A DNA stretch of 64,000 nt from Phoronis australis (lineage: Eukaryota; Animalia; Phoronida): contig NMRA01000375.1 in the NCBI GenBank assembly GCA_002633005.1, forward strand, positions 198,241-262,240, given 5' to 3'. Position numbers and translations under genes: made by a program. Under the pieces are notes generated by a model. That model was not told the DNA's origin. It saw nothing but the letters and a program-made list of their open reading frames with translations, and did not search any database. Below are positions 22,601 through 37,600 of this stretch, piece after piece. The first letter of the stretch is position 1. Every line of letters begins with the position of its first letter.

Positions 22601-25600
22601 ACAGCCAGACTTTCGATGGCAATGTACCTTCTTATGCAGGCAGAAAAATATTCTGTGCTCTCTTGACTATTGCATACAAGACCAATGTGTTTAGCAGACT
22701 TGACCATTCTGATCACGTGATCCTTACCCCAACTTCTCAAAAATTCATTTCAAACACCCCCACTCTCCGATTTTTGAGTTCCCCAGCCAAATTTAACAGC
22801 TGAGGCCATTAACAGAAACCAGTACGGAACTCACAATAAATCCAGCACCACGATAACTAACTATAAAGCTAACCTTTTGACCTACATACTGTTACCTGTT
22901 TGTCCTCCTGCTGTGCGCGCATGTGGGAGAGAAATGGAGTACAAGTTGAAGAACAACTACTACTTGACTACAGAGGCTAAATTCGTTAGCTGTACAGTAC
23001 AAATTACATGCCACAGTCAACATCTGCCACAAGAGATATTTGCCAGGAATAGTTAGATTACCCAAGAAACCTATCCGTTAAAGAGTTCCTGAACTCAACA
23101 CCTGTCTTGTGGCAACACACAAATTAGGTGCAGTAAAATCTTACCAGGTCCGGACAAAAACAATTGCCAAAATTTACCTTTTATTACATTTCAAGGGCTT
23201 TTAACATTGTTGTGAATACTCAGTTCTTTTTAAAAATTGTCTGATGGTAGCTATAGTACAGGCCTTGAACATGGAAAACCAAAACTTTTAAATTAGTGCA
23301 TAATGCTTTCACAGAAAAAAACGAGAAAAATACAATTTCACCTATCGGCCATGTTGTGTTCTAAATTGGCGAGATTTTACCATAGTTTACTTCAAATGAG
23401 CGCTAATCCATTTATCCCACCAAACTGCCCAAAATAAGAACAATAAGGGTTTGGGGCATGTCCCCTCTTTAGTATGTGAGTTAAGATTACTATCCTCGTT
23501 AGACACTGAGCATTAGTGGCAATTCATCTCTGGGCAAATATTGGCCAAGCAGATCATACTAATTACAGACGATTACGCTGCAGTGCAGACATCAACGTGC
23601 AAAATGTAGCTCAACAGAGAAAAGAAACATTGTCGCTGTTATTACTAGGTGGCTTAAGTGGCATGCATTCCAGAGAAAAAGTGAGACTAGAATGAGACAC
23701 GTGAATTTCATAATGCATACGGAGAGTCAATCACTACTGCTCCTAGATGGGAACAGGCCTGGCAGTGATATACAATCATACAGTCACAAATAAAAATTAA
23801 GTGATCTTAAGTCATCATTACACAACCCATACTACCCCCACCCCCCATTTGGGCGCCATCAAGGAAGTGAACCTCAAATGTGTAAATCAATGATCTGTCT
23901 CAGGCAAAGCTCACGAACATCGAGTAATCAATAGAATACAATACCCAAAATGCATTGTGCAGCTTCAACAAACAACTACTTATTAATAGATAGACGCAGG
24001 TTTCAAATCAGTACATGTCCTGTTTTATCAAACGCACGTCTGGCTGTAGCTAGAGACAATCTTAGAGACGTTATTACAATCGCCACGACCAATTTCGTTA
24101 GGAAAGCAAAAATGTTGCAACTGATATAAAGTTGATGATTTTCATTATTGAGATTTAAAAATCGTCATCACGAGCTATAATGAACTGTGGCCTAACAAAA
24201 ACCAAACTTACCGTTTTAGCTACCAAAGTTATGACCTTTTATAAAACTGGGCCCTAGGGTGTTTAAGGCGTGCTGTAATTGGATGAGACAGCTTTAGTTC
24301 TGTAATGACTTAATATGGGGGTTACATCCCAACTGGACTCCCACTCAAGAAACTTACACTGAGTATAGGGTCTTGTGATATAGGCACAAATTTGTTTGAT
24401 GAGTATTCTTGAGGTAGTGGACTCCGCCTATTAGTGGGTGAAGGGTTATTTGGTTGATACGACACATCCTCTTCTTCAGGTAAAGGCCAATTGGGTCCGG
24501 GCTCGGGGAGTTTGATGGCGTACTCTCGTGGCTTCTTACTGGTCGGAATTCGAAGACCAGTCTCTAGAGGCTGGACTTTTTCCAGAAATGAAATAAACGG
24601 CTCCCAGCTGGAATGGATACATCATGTTGTAATTAATGGGTACACCTTCTAAAATACAGCGAGTTTCAAAAAATGGATGGAATTTTAACATAACATTATT
24701 ATGTTTAATTTTTCAAACATCTTGTATGACGTTTTACTAAAAAAACTACTATCAACTCTAAAAACTGAGAGTAAATTAGTTACATCTGAATTACAATGTT
24801 TAAGGTTATGTAGAACCCTATAAAAATGTTCAAATTTTGACTAACTTCGGAACATCATAGCTCAGAAACAGCAGATAACTATTCTTTACGCACTGTTCTA
24901 CACATCCTGTTAGGAATTGCTTTTATATCGTTCCACTTTGGCATGAGTGGCGATCACAAAATAGAGCATGTTTTTCATTTTTATGAACAAAATTAAAAGT
25001 CAAATAAAAGGAAAACGAAGTCATCCATAAAACTGTAACAGTGTTTCTCAGACATTATATCTTGAACATTACATCAACCAAACTTTGATCACATCACACA
25101 TACTGTCGTTGTGTCAAAATTATTACTTTTATTGTTAAATTTTTCTGACCCAATTAATGTCAGAATGGAAACAAATTAAAAATCAAATTCTACTAAGCCT
25201 TCTACACTCATAATATATAGACTTATACTGAATTAAAATCCTTCTCTAGTTATGCAGATATTTGACAATTACAAGGAGTGTCCCTAAGAACCTACAAAAC
25301 CTACAAATCCCTTAGCCCTCTATCCCTTGATCCACCCTCCAGCTGCACAGTCTGCATACTGGTGCAGCCCATTACTCATCATCCACTGCATCATTTGCCT
25401 ATAATCCCTTCTCTATCCCCCTCCAACCCTTGATCCACTCCCCCCCCTCCCCCGTTACATAGACTATACACCTGTGCTGTTTATCACTTCCCAGTGCAAC
25501 GATGTGTGTGGTTCCTACCCTCTGCACCCTCTAGCCCCTTGATCCACAGCCAGATATAAAGCCTACATGCCGGTGCTCTTAACCACACACTCTCCAACAA

Positions 25601-28600
25601 TACTCGTCAGAACCCACTGATGTACCCCATCCCCCAGACTACATACTGGTGCTGGCCATCACCCACTCCACCGCAGTATTTGTCTATGATCTGGTCAATC
25701 AGCGACTCCTGTAGTGGTAAACCCTCCTCAGCACACAGTTTCTTGATCTGAAACGGCACATTAACACCACTGACTACACTGTGTAATTGAACCAAATGTC
25801 AGTGAGCTTGAGCAAAAACCAGAACCGAATCCTATTAGGTCAAGGTGTCAGACTTTAACATACTTCGTCATTTGATTACCAGTGCATAGTACATTTAAAA
25901 CCTACTGTGCACAGCAGTGCCCTCTCTTATATCCAATGGGCTGTGCTACAAGCCTTCAACAACTTTCTACTTACCTGGTGTTTGGACATAGTCCGCCTGT
26001 ATTGGCGATCGCTTTTCGCAAAAGCTATCCGTAATCTCTCAAAGTTGTCACTTTTGAAGTCACTGTTCTGTATTTGACTCTCCACCATGCGTAACAGCTT
26101 TCCATCCATGTGATGGTGTTGTCCAGCAGGCACACTGAAACGTAAAACGAGCAAGATTGTGACATGCATTTTTGGACTTTTTACTTTGAAATTTAAGTGC
26201 CTATAAACTCGCTTTTCATCACTAAAAACCAGCTTTTCATTTACATATTAAACAATTAGCGTCACAAAATTGGTCTCAAAATGTTCCTTAGTCAAATTAA
26301 ATGTGCTTTTAGGGTTTTGAAAGAGAGACAGTCAGTTACTGCTGGAGACTGGACTCCTCAAATTGGATTGTCTGTTAAGTAACTACAGGTGCTGAGCACA
26401 CTCTCAATAAATAATGAACTGTCAGTTCTTTGCAAGGCCAGAAATTAATCTGCATCTGAGTAACAAGATGAAACCAAGTTTATGTGGACAGGTCTTAATC
26501 AAAAGCATACTTCTCTGATGAAATGCTGATTTCGTGCGCCTATAAAAATGTTGCCTTCACTGCTTAAAATGACAAAGAATCCAGAGAAAGTTCAGAGCAA
26601 ACAAATCTAACATACAATGGTTAGAATTTTTGTATTTTAATCAGCGCGCCACCAGGTGGTGAGAAGTCATGGAATGGCACAAGCACATTGAGAGAGCGAA
26701 GAGAAAACAACAGGCGTTTGGTGTCCTAGACTTGTGATTTGAAGATATTACTTCAAACCACAAGTCTAGGACACCAAACATTAGGTATTCTGCAGTTTAT
26801 AATCCATCACAAGAGAGAAAAGTGATCAAGTATTGTTATGACCATTGCAGACCATTTGCATTGCTATGCTCATCTTGTGTGTTTATTTTGGGATCCATAC
26901 GAGCTAAAGGAAATGATATCATTCATTACTTACATACCAAACATTAAAACAAATTTTTAAACCTGATTTTCTTTAAAGGAACAAAAACATTTATGACAAA
27001 AATTGAGACAGCAAATTCCAAATTAATGACGAGCTAACAGGAGTTGAAAATGAGGAGTATTTTTTCTAGCTATAAAGAAATCAAATCAAATGTCAGTTTC
27101 ATAACACTACCTCACAAAATGATCAAAGTAAACTTGAATACTAATTAGCAATCCTTACGTGAACTCAAATCCTGACTATGTTTAATTTAACACTACATTA
27201 ATTATCTAGAACTGAGCAAGTATATGCAGCCCAAAACAGAAAGAAACAGACAACTACATGCTATGGAGATATGCTTCATAACAGTATTCAGGGGTATTGT
27301 GGGACTATTAAGCAGCTTAAAATAATCACAGCTTTCAGAATCAGACAATTCCGATGTTTAGTGATGACATATTTCCTACTATTATGACACAATTTGGACC
27401 CATAAATAGGTCGAGTAGAAATGCGGCCACAACTTTTGCAGCTTTTGCCCACAGGGCAACTTAGCAATTGAAATGTTCACAAAATTATTCGTTTGGAGTA
27501 GTCAATGGGCAACGACAATAGTTTCACCCATTGTATGCTCCCGGGGAGTTGGGAAGGATTAGGATTGACCAGGTCCACTGTCACTGCCAAGCAATTATTT
27601 TCAAAGTGCAATTTACAGTGGTATATGTAAATCTGACCTACTATATATTTAATTTTGGCATTTAATTTTAATTGACTGGGTCCAAAACATCAAAATAGCG
27701 TCATACTAAACAAAGGAATAGAGCCAAACAGAAAGACTAGGCTAGCTATGGCGATAGGGGAGCTACAAACTTAGCACACTAGGACAATAGAGAGCTAAGT
27801 TGGAAGGTCAGGCACATTACCTTTTGTCACCCCTGTTGACAAAACAAAATATAAAGAAAATGAATTTTTAAGTAGCTAAGAAATATGTGCAGTAAATAAC
27901 CAAGTTAAGTATTAACCACTGCAGATCATTCATAAAATATATCACACAACGCCCAATACAAAGCACAGCACAGCGCATCAGAAAAGTTCAGGAATTCAAA
28001 TTCGAAAAGAAACAACAACAAAACAAACTCCCACAACAATCTGCGTCATCTAACCAGTCCCATTGCCCTCGTTATATTTCAACTGTTTTCAGTGTATAGT
28101 GTACTCACTGCAGTTTTGGACTGATTCAGCTTAATCAGGAAAAGACCATGATGTTACATGACCACTAAACAAGTAAAGCCTCAGTGTCACACTGCTACTA
28201 AAGTCCACATTACATAACTGCAAAATTGCCGAGACAAAGTGGGTCTGAAAAGCTGTACAGCAAGTTTTACATTGTTTTAAGAGCTACTTATGTAAAGCAA
28301 TTATTTAGGACAAAAACTAAAATGACTTAAGTTTTTCAAGGTTGAAACTTTCACCACCTTGACTGTATGCTAAATAGACAAAAAATCAAAAATGTAACGG
28401 TGTACACTTAAGATAATTTTACCAATTATGTAAAGTTATAATAGCAGTGCAGTTGGGGCCTAAACTAAATTTTGGGAACAAATGGCCCACTTACTGGTGT
28501 TTCTGTGTTAATGGGTTAAAATACATATTCTGCTGCAGTTGTTGTTGGCGTGGTGAAGTTTGTTCAAGTTGAGGAGGACGCCGCTCAAAGGGGTTATCTC

Positions 28601-31600
28601 CCCTGGGCGTCAGCTCATTCTCCATGCCAAGATTAACTCCGCCCCATTGGTTCCTCGGCAGAATCATACCCTCGTGGGGATCCTTCCTCAATGGCACACT
28701 TGGATGACGTCTGAAACATCCAACCTGACCTATGACCCTTCTGTCATAGCAGTGGTTTCTGTATAGTAAGCTGAGGCTGTTTGTTTGGGAATTATTTACG
28801 AGACCAAATTGCGAAATCAAAACATTTCTCGGATGTATATTAGGTAGGGAAAAATATAAAATCCATGTGGTTTTATTGATACAATAATAAACAAAACATT
28901 CTACTCATTCAATAACATACCATAACGGAAATGATCTATTTAACAAGTCAATCCCATGTAATTGTTAAAAATTTAGTTTTAGTATAATTTTCTACTTCCT
29001 GTAAAACTAGAGAAAATTTTAGGCAAGGGACAAGTTTTTCCAAATATGCAATCTGTGTGCACTACTGGAAGTTTTGCCTGTAAACTCAGATGAACTTATA
29101 AATTGAAATCTAACCAAATAACACTAACTCGTTAAGTAACATAACTTTAAAATATATGTCATGAATAAAAATGATACCAAAATAATAACACACTTATGTG
29201 TACCAGAATTATAAAAAACTGTTGGCACACGATACCTTTCACGCTCATCCTTTTGTGGGGATGACGTCGGCTGGGTCTTGTATGGACCTTGGACGCCCCC
29301 CATGAGGAACGTGATCACCTTTTCGTAGTTGACCCCTCCGGGGTACTGAGGTGAGACAAACATACAGGCCACCAACCGTAGCGTGTCAGGGCTGATGAAG
29401 ATCTGTAACAGTCACGTGTTTTTTACAAAAGATGTCTAACAGCATATATATCATGGTAACAAAAAGACAGATTTTAAGTTTTTAGTGAAATTGATAAAAT
29501 TAAACCAGCCTATACTACATTGCATGTTAAGAGGAGACTTATCGGATACAGCAGTAAGCTATAACAATGTTAGAAGCATTAAATTAGAATAGCCTTAATA
29601 TTCCACAACTAATTAAAACACAACTGGCTTAACACCACAAAGTCACAGTGGTCCCCTTGACTGCTCTGAGACATGGATAACACAGAGCTGGATATTAATT
29701 TATTTACAGCAAACATCATGAATTTTTGTCCAACCGGTCGGAAATTGGTCGACGACCGGCCGTCGACAGGTCGTCTAGCCGACCAGCAGCTGACCAACAA
29801 CGGTGGGCTAGGAGCCGTCTGCTGAGTCGTCTCTGTGGTCGGCACTTGGGTCGGCTAAGTGGTTGCCTAGCATAGACGACCAATTCGGATTAAGTATGTC
29901 CGTGGTCGGCAATTAGCATTTTATGACTTAGTGGGTGAACTTTGGCCAAACAAACAAACATTTAACTGTTTGCTGTTCGTTCACCAGTGGCAACTCCGGT
30001 CTTGACTTCAGTTTATCAACTTTTGTTCAACTATTGAAAGGTGATAAAATCGAATCAACCTACAAATACGAAGTGCGTGACATTACACCAACGTAAACAT
30101 TATGTTGAATTACTGACGGTGTGGTAAAATCAAACGTTAAGTGATATCGCGGAAGCATAATTTCTGTCTCTTAGTATGAGACTTTTTATACAGTACATTA
30201 TGCATAAAAACAAGCAAAAAAATTTATATTTTACAGTAAAATTGCACAAAAATCAGAATACAATGCTGGCTGTTTTATGACCTCAGGTGTTTTCATACCG
30301 CACAACAGATTATTTCGAGAAACAGTAATTCAAGGTTTAAACTTTAGCTAAATTTAAGAGTTTATCTAATTGTCTTTATGTTGTAAGGATTGCGTAAATA
30401 GTTGTACATATTCAGGGCAAATAAGTTATATTTAATATTTACATGTCAATACAAACTTCTCCTGTTGAGAGCTTCTTTCTCACAAAAGCGGTCTTCGAAT
30501 GTAGAATCTGGACTATGGTATGTAGTGTTTGTCCTATCATTTTAGTTCAAGTTCTTTCCGAAAATTATCTAAACGATTGTTTGTTTTCAAAGTGGGGAGA
30601 GAATTGTGATCAGATATAAATGTGAATGGCTCATTGTATGCGTACGTGCTATTCACAGTTATAACATATAATTCAACCGATATTACAATATACGTTTGCC
30701 TAAGAACGTGCTCTGAGTCAGTGACCCTGTAATCAGTATGCCGTGAACTTTGTTTAATAATTTTGAAGACGTGCTTTGTACTTGGCCTCGGTTTATTAAT
30801 GTAGGGTCCTGACAACACACAACTCTGAAAGTTTTGAAAATGCACCTCTTTCTTTACGCAGATACGTTTTCTGCCCATCCGTACATCTGATGTGCAACGT
30901 GGGCACCAACTCTCTGAATGCATCAACCAAACATATTAATTTTTGAAAATGCCCTCAAAAGTGGACTTTTTTAAAACACCATGTTGGCCGTATTCGTCAG
31001 TGTACAAAAGAGAAATGAACAGATTTGTACACACTGCTCAAAGCACTTGTGTGGACATACAGAAACGCCAACGTCTCTGTCTTACAACGTTGTATGGGCT
31101 TGGCATCTGATGATCAGCGCTCTTATGCTGGAATTTTTTTAAGATTGAGCACTGTTGTTGTAGGTCTTCTTACAGCTGAGCACAGAAGAATTATTCTGCA
31201 CCTTGCTTTATTTTCTATCATTTTTTTGACATCGCAATCGCTTTACCAATTAGATTCACGCACATTTGCTGTGTAGAGACAAATACCTCCTCACCATGTA
31301 TTCACATCTTCCCGTTCAAAATTGTTTTATTTTACATAATTTGTCAATATGTTATTGACAGAAAACATTTATTTTTGGAACAACGTGAACGAAGAACTGA
31401 TACATGTAACTAGCGCAGATTTTAATGTCACCGATGCACTAAAAACAGAATGCGCAAAGCTAGAATTGGTTGTAGCCTCAATAGTGGTTATTCCGTGTTT
31501 GATGTCGACTGTCTAAGTTCATGGAAATCGTAACAATATGACTTCGAAGTTAGAGCCATCGAAGTCCGTGGGTTTAGGGCATACTGGACCGTGAAGTTCG

Positions 31601-34600
31601 CGTCTGTACTGCAAGGGTTAATCATATGAAAATAAAAACCCACCCAGGAATGAGAGCTCTTCGGTGTACCAACTTATTCACTATCCCATCATCATGGGCA
31701 CATGATAGGAGACGCGAGGAGAATTTTAAACGCAAAAAGATGCAGTTCGGCGTAACACAAACAAAAAACAATAATTTGTGGGTGAAGACTATCAAAAATA
31801 GCTGCGTTTACAAAATGACTACAGCGTTTTTGACCGGGAAGCAGCCAATCTAATGCAGCTTGTTAACGCCACGCGTCAAATTAAAGATCAAATGTTAAGA
31901 AAACTTTCACGCTTTTTATCCAAAGCTTGTTGCACTGTCCATAATTCAATGATATTACCGCCTGCCTTCAACCTTCAAATTTTAGTGGTGTTACACAACC
32001 AATGTGAACTCATGTAATGGAGACAGTGAAACTAGGTTAATTTATTTGACCCTGTGCTAAGACGAATATGCATCGACACACAAAGTGGTATCAGCCTGAC
32101 AACCTATTATGCAACTGCTACTCTAGCCTAAAAATAGCAGCCGACCAGCTGGTCGGCTGATGGCTGGTCGGCCGAAGGGTCAGCTGGGGAATCGCCTTAT
32201 GAGTCGGCACTGCGGCCGGTCGGCTAATTTTTTGCCGACCGGTCGTCTAATTTGCCGACCTGTCGACGGCCAGTCGTCAACAAATTACCGACCGGTCGAA
32301 CAAAAATTTGTGATGTGTGCTGCACAACCAGTATTTTGCTAGCGATGGCTTTGTCGATTGGGCCATTGTATTTGAGTCATTAAGAATGTGAACTGAATAG
32401 GATGTTGTTAGGCCTTGCCTGACTGGGTAATAGATACAACAGTAACTTTTTAGCATTGCAAGAGCACAAAAGTGACTTCCGTCTGTCCCAATATCAAGTT
32501 TTGGTGGTCAAGATGAGCAGTCAGTTAAATGAACTTGAAACGCAATGCTTTTCAGTCACTGGCAATTAATAACAGACTTTTTTAAGTGAAAATTGGGAAC
32601 CCCACCTTACAATAGTGATTGGACAGCATGCGGTTATAACAAAAAATTTCAAACATGCTTTAGACTTCCTGTAGGTGGCGTTGCATGCTTGCACACATTC
32701 TAGCTGAACCAAACATTTCAACATGTTGCTGCTGCTGCAGTATAAATTAAAAAGCTTGCTCCATTAGGCCTACAAAAACTGGCAAAACTGCCCTGATGGT
32801 CAGCACATAGGGTTTTCCACTGATTCTGTCATGGATCTGACATTTACCTTACGCTGTATTAGTGTGCGGCACAACTCTTCATAGCTGCAGAAGCCTGAAA
32901 TCGTACTGTCTCTGTCCAGCATGTCTTTGTATGCCTCTTTCAGTAATGGTGCCTGGTTCCTGTCTAACATAATGTGCAACTTATCCAGCAGGTGGAGCTC
33001 TTCCTTCTTACTCAGCTTAAGAGGCGTCTCGGGCAAGAAAGCACTGGAGTGTTTGTCTCGCTCTCTGTTGTTCTGTGTGCTCAATCGTGAACTGCTGTTG
33101 GTCACATGACTTTGCTGCTGGTTAGAGATTGGAGGCAGAACTTTGTGGGGGTTGAGCTCACGGTTCTCTTGTACATGAATGTGAGAGTTATACTGATCCT
33201 GTGGTGAACAAACAAACATGAATGTGTTAGTTACACTGGTCCAGTTGTGAACAAATGAACATGAATGTTTGAGTTATAGTCACCCTGTGATGAGCAACAT
33301 GAACATGAATGTGCGAGTTAGACTGCATGGACCTGTGGTGAACAAAATGAGCATGAATGTGCGAGTTAGACTGGACCTGTGGTGAACAAAATGAGCATGA
33401 ATGTGCGAGTTAGACTGGACCTGTGGTGAACAAAATGAGCATGAATGTGCGAGTTAGACTGGACCTGTGGTGAACAAAATGAGCATGAATGTGCGAGTTA
33501 AACTGGTCCTGCGGTGAACTGAACAAAATGAAACATAAATGTGTGAGTTACAGTCTGGTCCACATAGTGAACATGTTAATAAACATGAAAGTTTGAATAA
33601 TATTGGTCCCACAGGAGCGGTGCGGTGAACATGGCTCAACACGAACGTGCGAGATATTCTGGCCTCAGTGATGTCGTAAAAAATAAGTATGTTCAACATA
33701 CTTATAGGTATGATGACCACATATGCATTAGTTTATACGGAATCAAATCTTTAAAAGTTCAGATAAAATGAACATGAATGAGTAGGTCACACGTACTGAT
33801 ACAGCAGACGTTAAGATGAGCATCAGTGGTTAATCATTCTGATTCAGTTGAAGAGAAGAGCATTTATTTTAATTGAATGAACACGAAACATGTTCCACCA
33901 GGGGCATGACGATGGCTGGGGGGTTATACCGGAGACAAGCAGCATGCAAACAAGAACACGGCAGCTTTTGGCAAAAAACTACAAGTACCAAATTCATTAT
34001 GCCAAAACAGGAGTAGTGTTCCATGAGACGCAAAGTTTAGAATCAATGCACATTGGACACAAAAATGAGTATAATACCTGCTGAGCACTGCTGAATCCCC
34101 AGTGTTTCTTGCTAGACAGCTCATTGGGGTCAAAGTCTGTTGGCTTCTCTGTCAGTGGAGTCAACTGTGATGTGTGGGCTTGAGACTGGCTCCGGGAAGT
34201 GGTAGCACTGAAAGAGGGAAACACAACAATGGTTATGAGGATAACTGGAAGGGTATCGGAGTAACAGTAATTATGACATTGCTGAGGATAAAGGTTATGA
34301 CAATTAGTATGATGGATAGGTTGATGACACTCATGCACTTCGACATGAATATCAGAAATTCAGAATGTATGGCATCTTTAAACTTTAAAAAACTCAGCGT
34401 ATTTGACAAGTTTTCCTTCAGACATGTTTTGAAAAACACAGCATTCCATTGGCACTTATAATGCGCAGTCAAACCTAGCACCAGGTGTCAGTGTGCAACA
34501 ATTGTCCCGTTAAGGTCATGGCGTCATAGGTGTCATATTCACGTCACAGAATGTTATGTTTAATAAAACATGTCTGAAATATTTAAAATATAATTTTAAA

Positions 34601-37600
34601 AAAATAAATTGAGCATAGCTATGATCGGTCAAAAATGGCCAACTCTATACCAAGTAAGACAAAACAAGACAGTGTAAAATGACTGTGGTTATTAAACGGA
34701 ATGAGTATTCTGATCACAACTAAACCATAGAAAAGAAAAAGACATGATAGTGTTCACTTGCCTTATTTTCACGACTCAATTGTTAGGACACATAATAAAA
34801 CAATTCAACACTCTCAACTGTGTGAATTGAGATGCCTCAACTAAGTACTAAGTACACATTCCTTGATATACCCTTAGGGATGGACGCTTTTACAGAAAAA
34901 AAGTAGCAACTCTTACATTTCGTATGTTTCTATGACCTCGTCAAAACCTTTTGTCTAAAAGCACGCAAGCTTTACATTACTATAGGAAATAAAGGCTTTG
35001 AACACCCTGTAAGGTATCAATTCAGATGATTTTGTTTACATGACTGCTGTTGTATTTCACATGCAGTGTGAGACAGACGGCTGCTCATAAACGTCTGGAG
35101 ATGTCACAGATAACTTGTGGACATGTTAAAGGATTTATAATTCGTATTTTAGGGGGTGAGATTTAGCTTCATTGGATGGCGCAAAATTTGTTACGGCAAA
35201 GTTTCCACAAGTTCAAACAAAAACAAAAAATGACCCAAACTGTAACATTTTCAATTTTCAAAAGTTCATAGCATTCATTTGTCAAATATGTTCAAAATGT
35301 CATTGGGTGTTTTTTAACGACAGCTGTCCAATATAAATTTTTCATACAATCAAGTAAAATACTCTGCTTTATACCCTTGGTAAAAATTTCGACAGACTAA
35401 ATTTTGGCCTTCTGCAATACTGCGTTCTAATTTGAAGAAACTTTACCAGATAGTCTATGTTCCAGTAGAACTGTGCTTTCAGTTCTGGTGCTATCAAGTG
35501 GCAAGTGTTTTGCAACGCACTGTTTAGACGACACCAAGTTTTCTAGTATGTCGCTAAACGGAGCTGACAAAAGCCCCACAATGCATTTGATGTAACCAAT
35601 TGTAAGACATTCAAAGCAATAAATTAATTTGCAATTCAATAATACTTTTCAGGAGCAACAACAAAAATATCATTGCTGCAAAAATAAACAACAATGAAAA
35701 GATAAAAAATTTAGAGACCAACCTACCCACCTCAGAATATTTATTGCATAGGGTGCTGGGAAACAAAATACTTTAAGGACAAATTAATCATTAAAAACAG
35801 ACACACTATTCTTGGATGACTATACTTTCTAATAACCTAATTCAAAATACAACAGACTGGTTCTAGTCTCCTAGATACCGCTCATTAATCTCTTGAATGT
35901 ACCTGGTTTATACCACCTGTCGTTTTAAACTTTTTCACCTTTCTCTACATAACACCATTACTAGTCAACGCGTGGTCAGATGTCACGTTACTATGGCGAC
36001 CTTATCAACAATGACACTTTATTAAAAACTGAACCAACAAAAAGTTAATTAACTGAAATGATAACACCAGCATGCATTGATCTTTTAAGGATATGTAGGA
36101 CCACAGTGACAAGTCTGCGCATTAAGCAAAATACCTAGAACAGTACTATAGATATTAACTCAAGGTAAAAGCATATTTTCTGAAAGCAGAAAGTCTGTTC
36201 AATTTGACTTTTGACTTTTTACCAATCTATTATTTATTAGGTCACGTGACCAAGTCTTTTTAGTAAAATTTACCAAAAATGAAAAACAAATGATATCAAT
36301 AACATGTCGATCAAATTACTTTTGATAAAAATGTTCAAGCCATAGGTTAGATATCAAAAAACAGTATTCCAGTCAGAAATGTATCATATTGTATTTGTTT
36401 TATCTAACTTTGAAGATTTTTCATGAAAATCATAGAAGTCCTATTTTTGATAGTCCCTCAGGCGAAACTAGAACATTTTAAAAACAATTATTCCTAACAG
36501 TGTTTTGGAGAACAATGCATAAAACACAATATATGGTAGTTTCATTTGAATCCAATCAGCCCAGAGATGTGATGTAACAAAGTCAGCCAAACTTGGTACT
36601 TTTTATAGGGCTCTACAAAACATTAATGCACTTCATCAGTGACATGCTAAAAACAAAGTTCTGTGCAATAAACTCTAGCAAACTTCTAGCAATTTCCGCA
36701 ATTATTACAAATTCACTAGGCTAGCATATGTTTTGCACTTCAATACCTGAGTGATATATAACAACATCAGTTCCCCACACCAAGAATGTTATTCTCGCAA
36801 AAACTTTACTGAAAAAATATAAGCGACACATAAAAATAATTAGTCGTTAGCCATAAAGTTCATTCCATCATTAAGACTGGGAACTTAAGGTAAAATTTAT
36901 GTACACCAGACTAAAACAAACATAAAGATCAAATGGAATTCATAGAATTTCTAATTCTGATTCCAGACTTATGTGAGCAAAGTCACCAGAAGTGAATCTC
37001 TAAAAGTTATATTACAATAAAGGATTTAATAAAAGAACAAATTGAGGCAATAGTCCTACCCAAATTTAGGATATCCTTCATAATGTAGAATTAAATCCAT
37101 GCTTGACCACTAGCACATTGAATGAACGACCCTAGAAACACAGGTAGTGGACATCACAGCAGGTAGCTAGGAAAGCTGACATCAACAAACAGTGTCCCAG
37201 AATGCACTGTGGCTCTGTTATCAGTGATATAGATAGTCTTCTACCTAAACAGCTTTAATGATTGAGTCAGCAAAGCATGTGAGCACACTTTTCAAAAGCT
37301 ATTTGCATGGTAGGACATGAGTAAACACTCAGAGCAAATAGCATTAAACCCCATCTAGAAAAACAAACAAAGGTTTTGAAAACCCCCCATAGTGTAAGGA
37401 TGGAAATAGAATGGTCATCCTTCTATGAAGACTTGATGGTTGATTTTTAGTCTGAGTAAACATATGTGGTGACCATTTCATGTATTGATAACTGCGAATT
37501 TGGAATTGTTCTATAGAATGGGGATCCATGACCAGCCTGCGGCACTTCAAGTTAAACCCGGCTGAGTGGACAACACTTGTCCAGAAAAATTATTTGTGCA

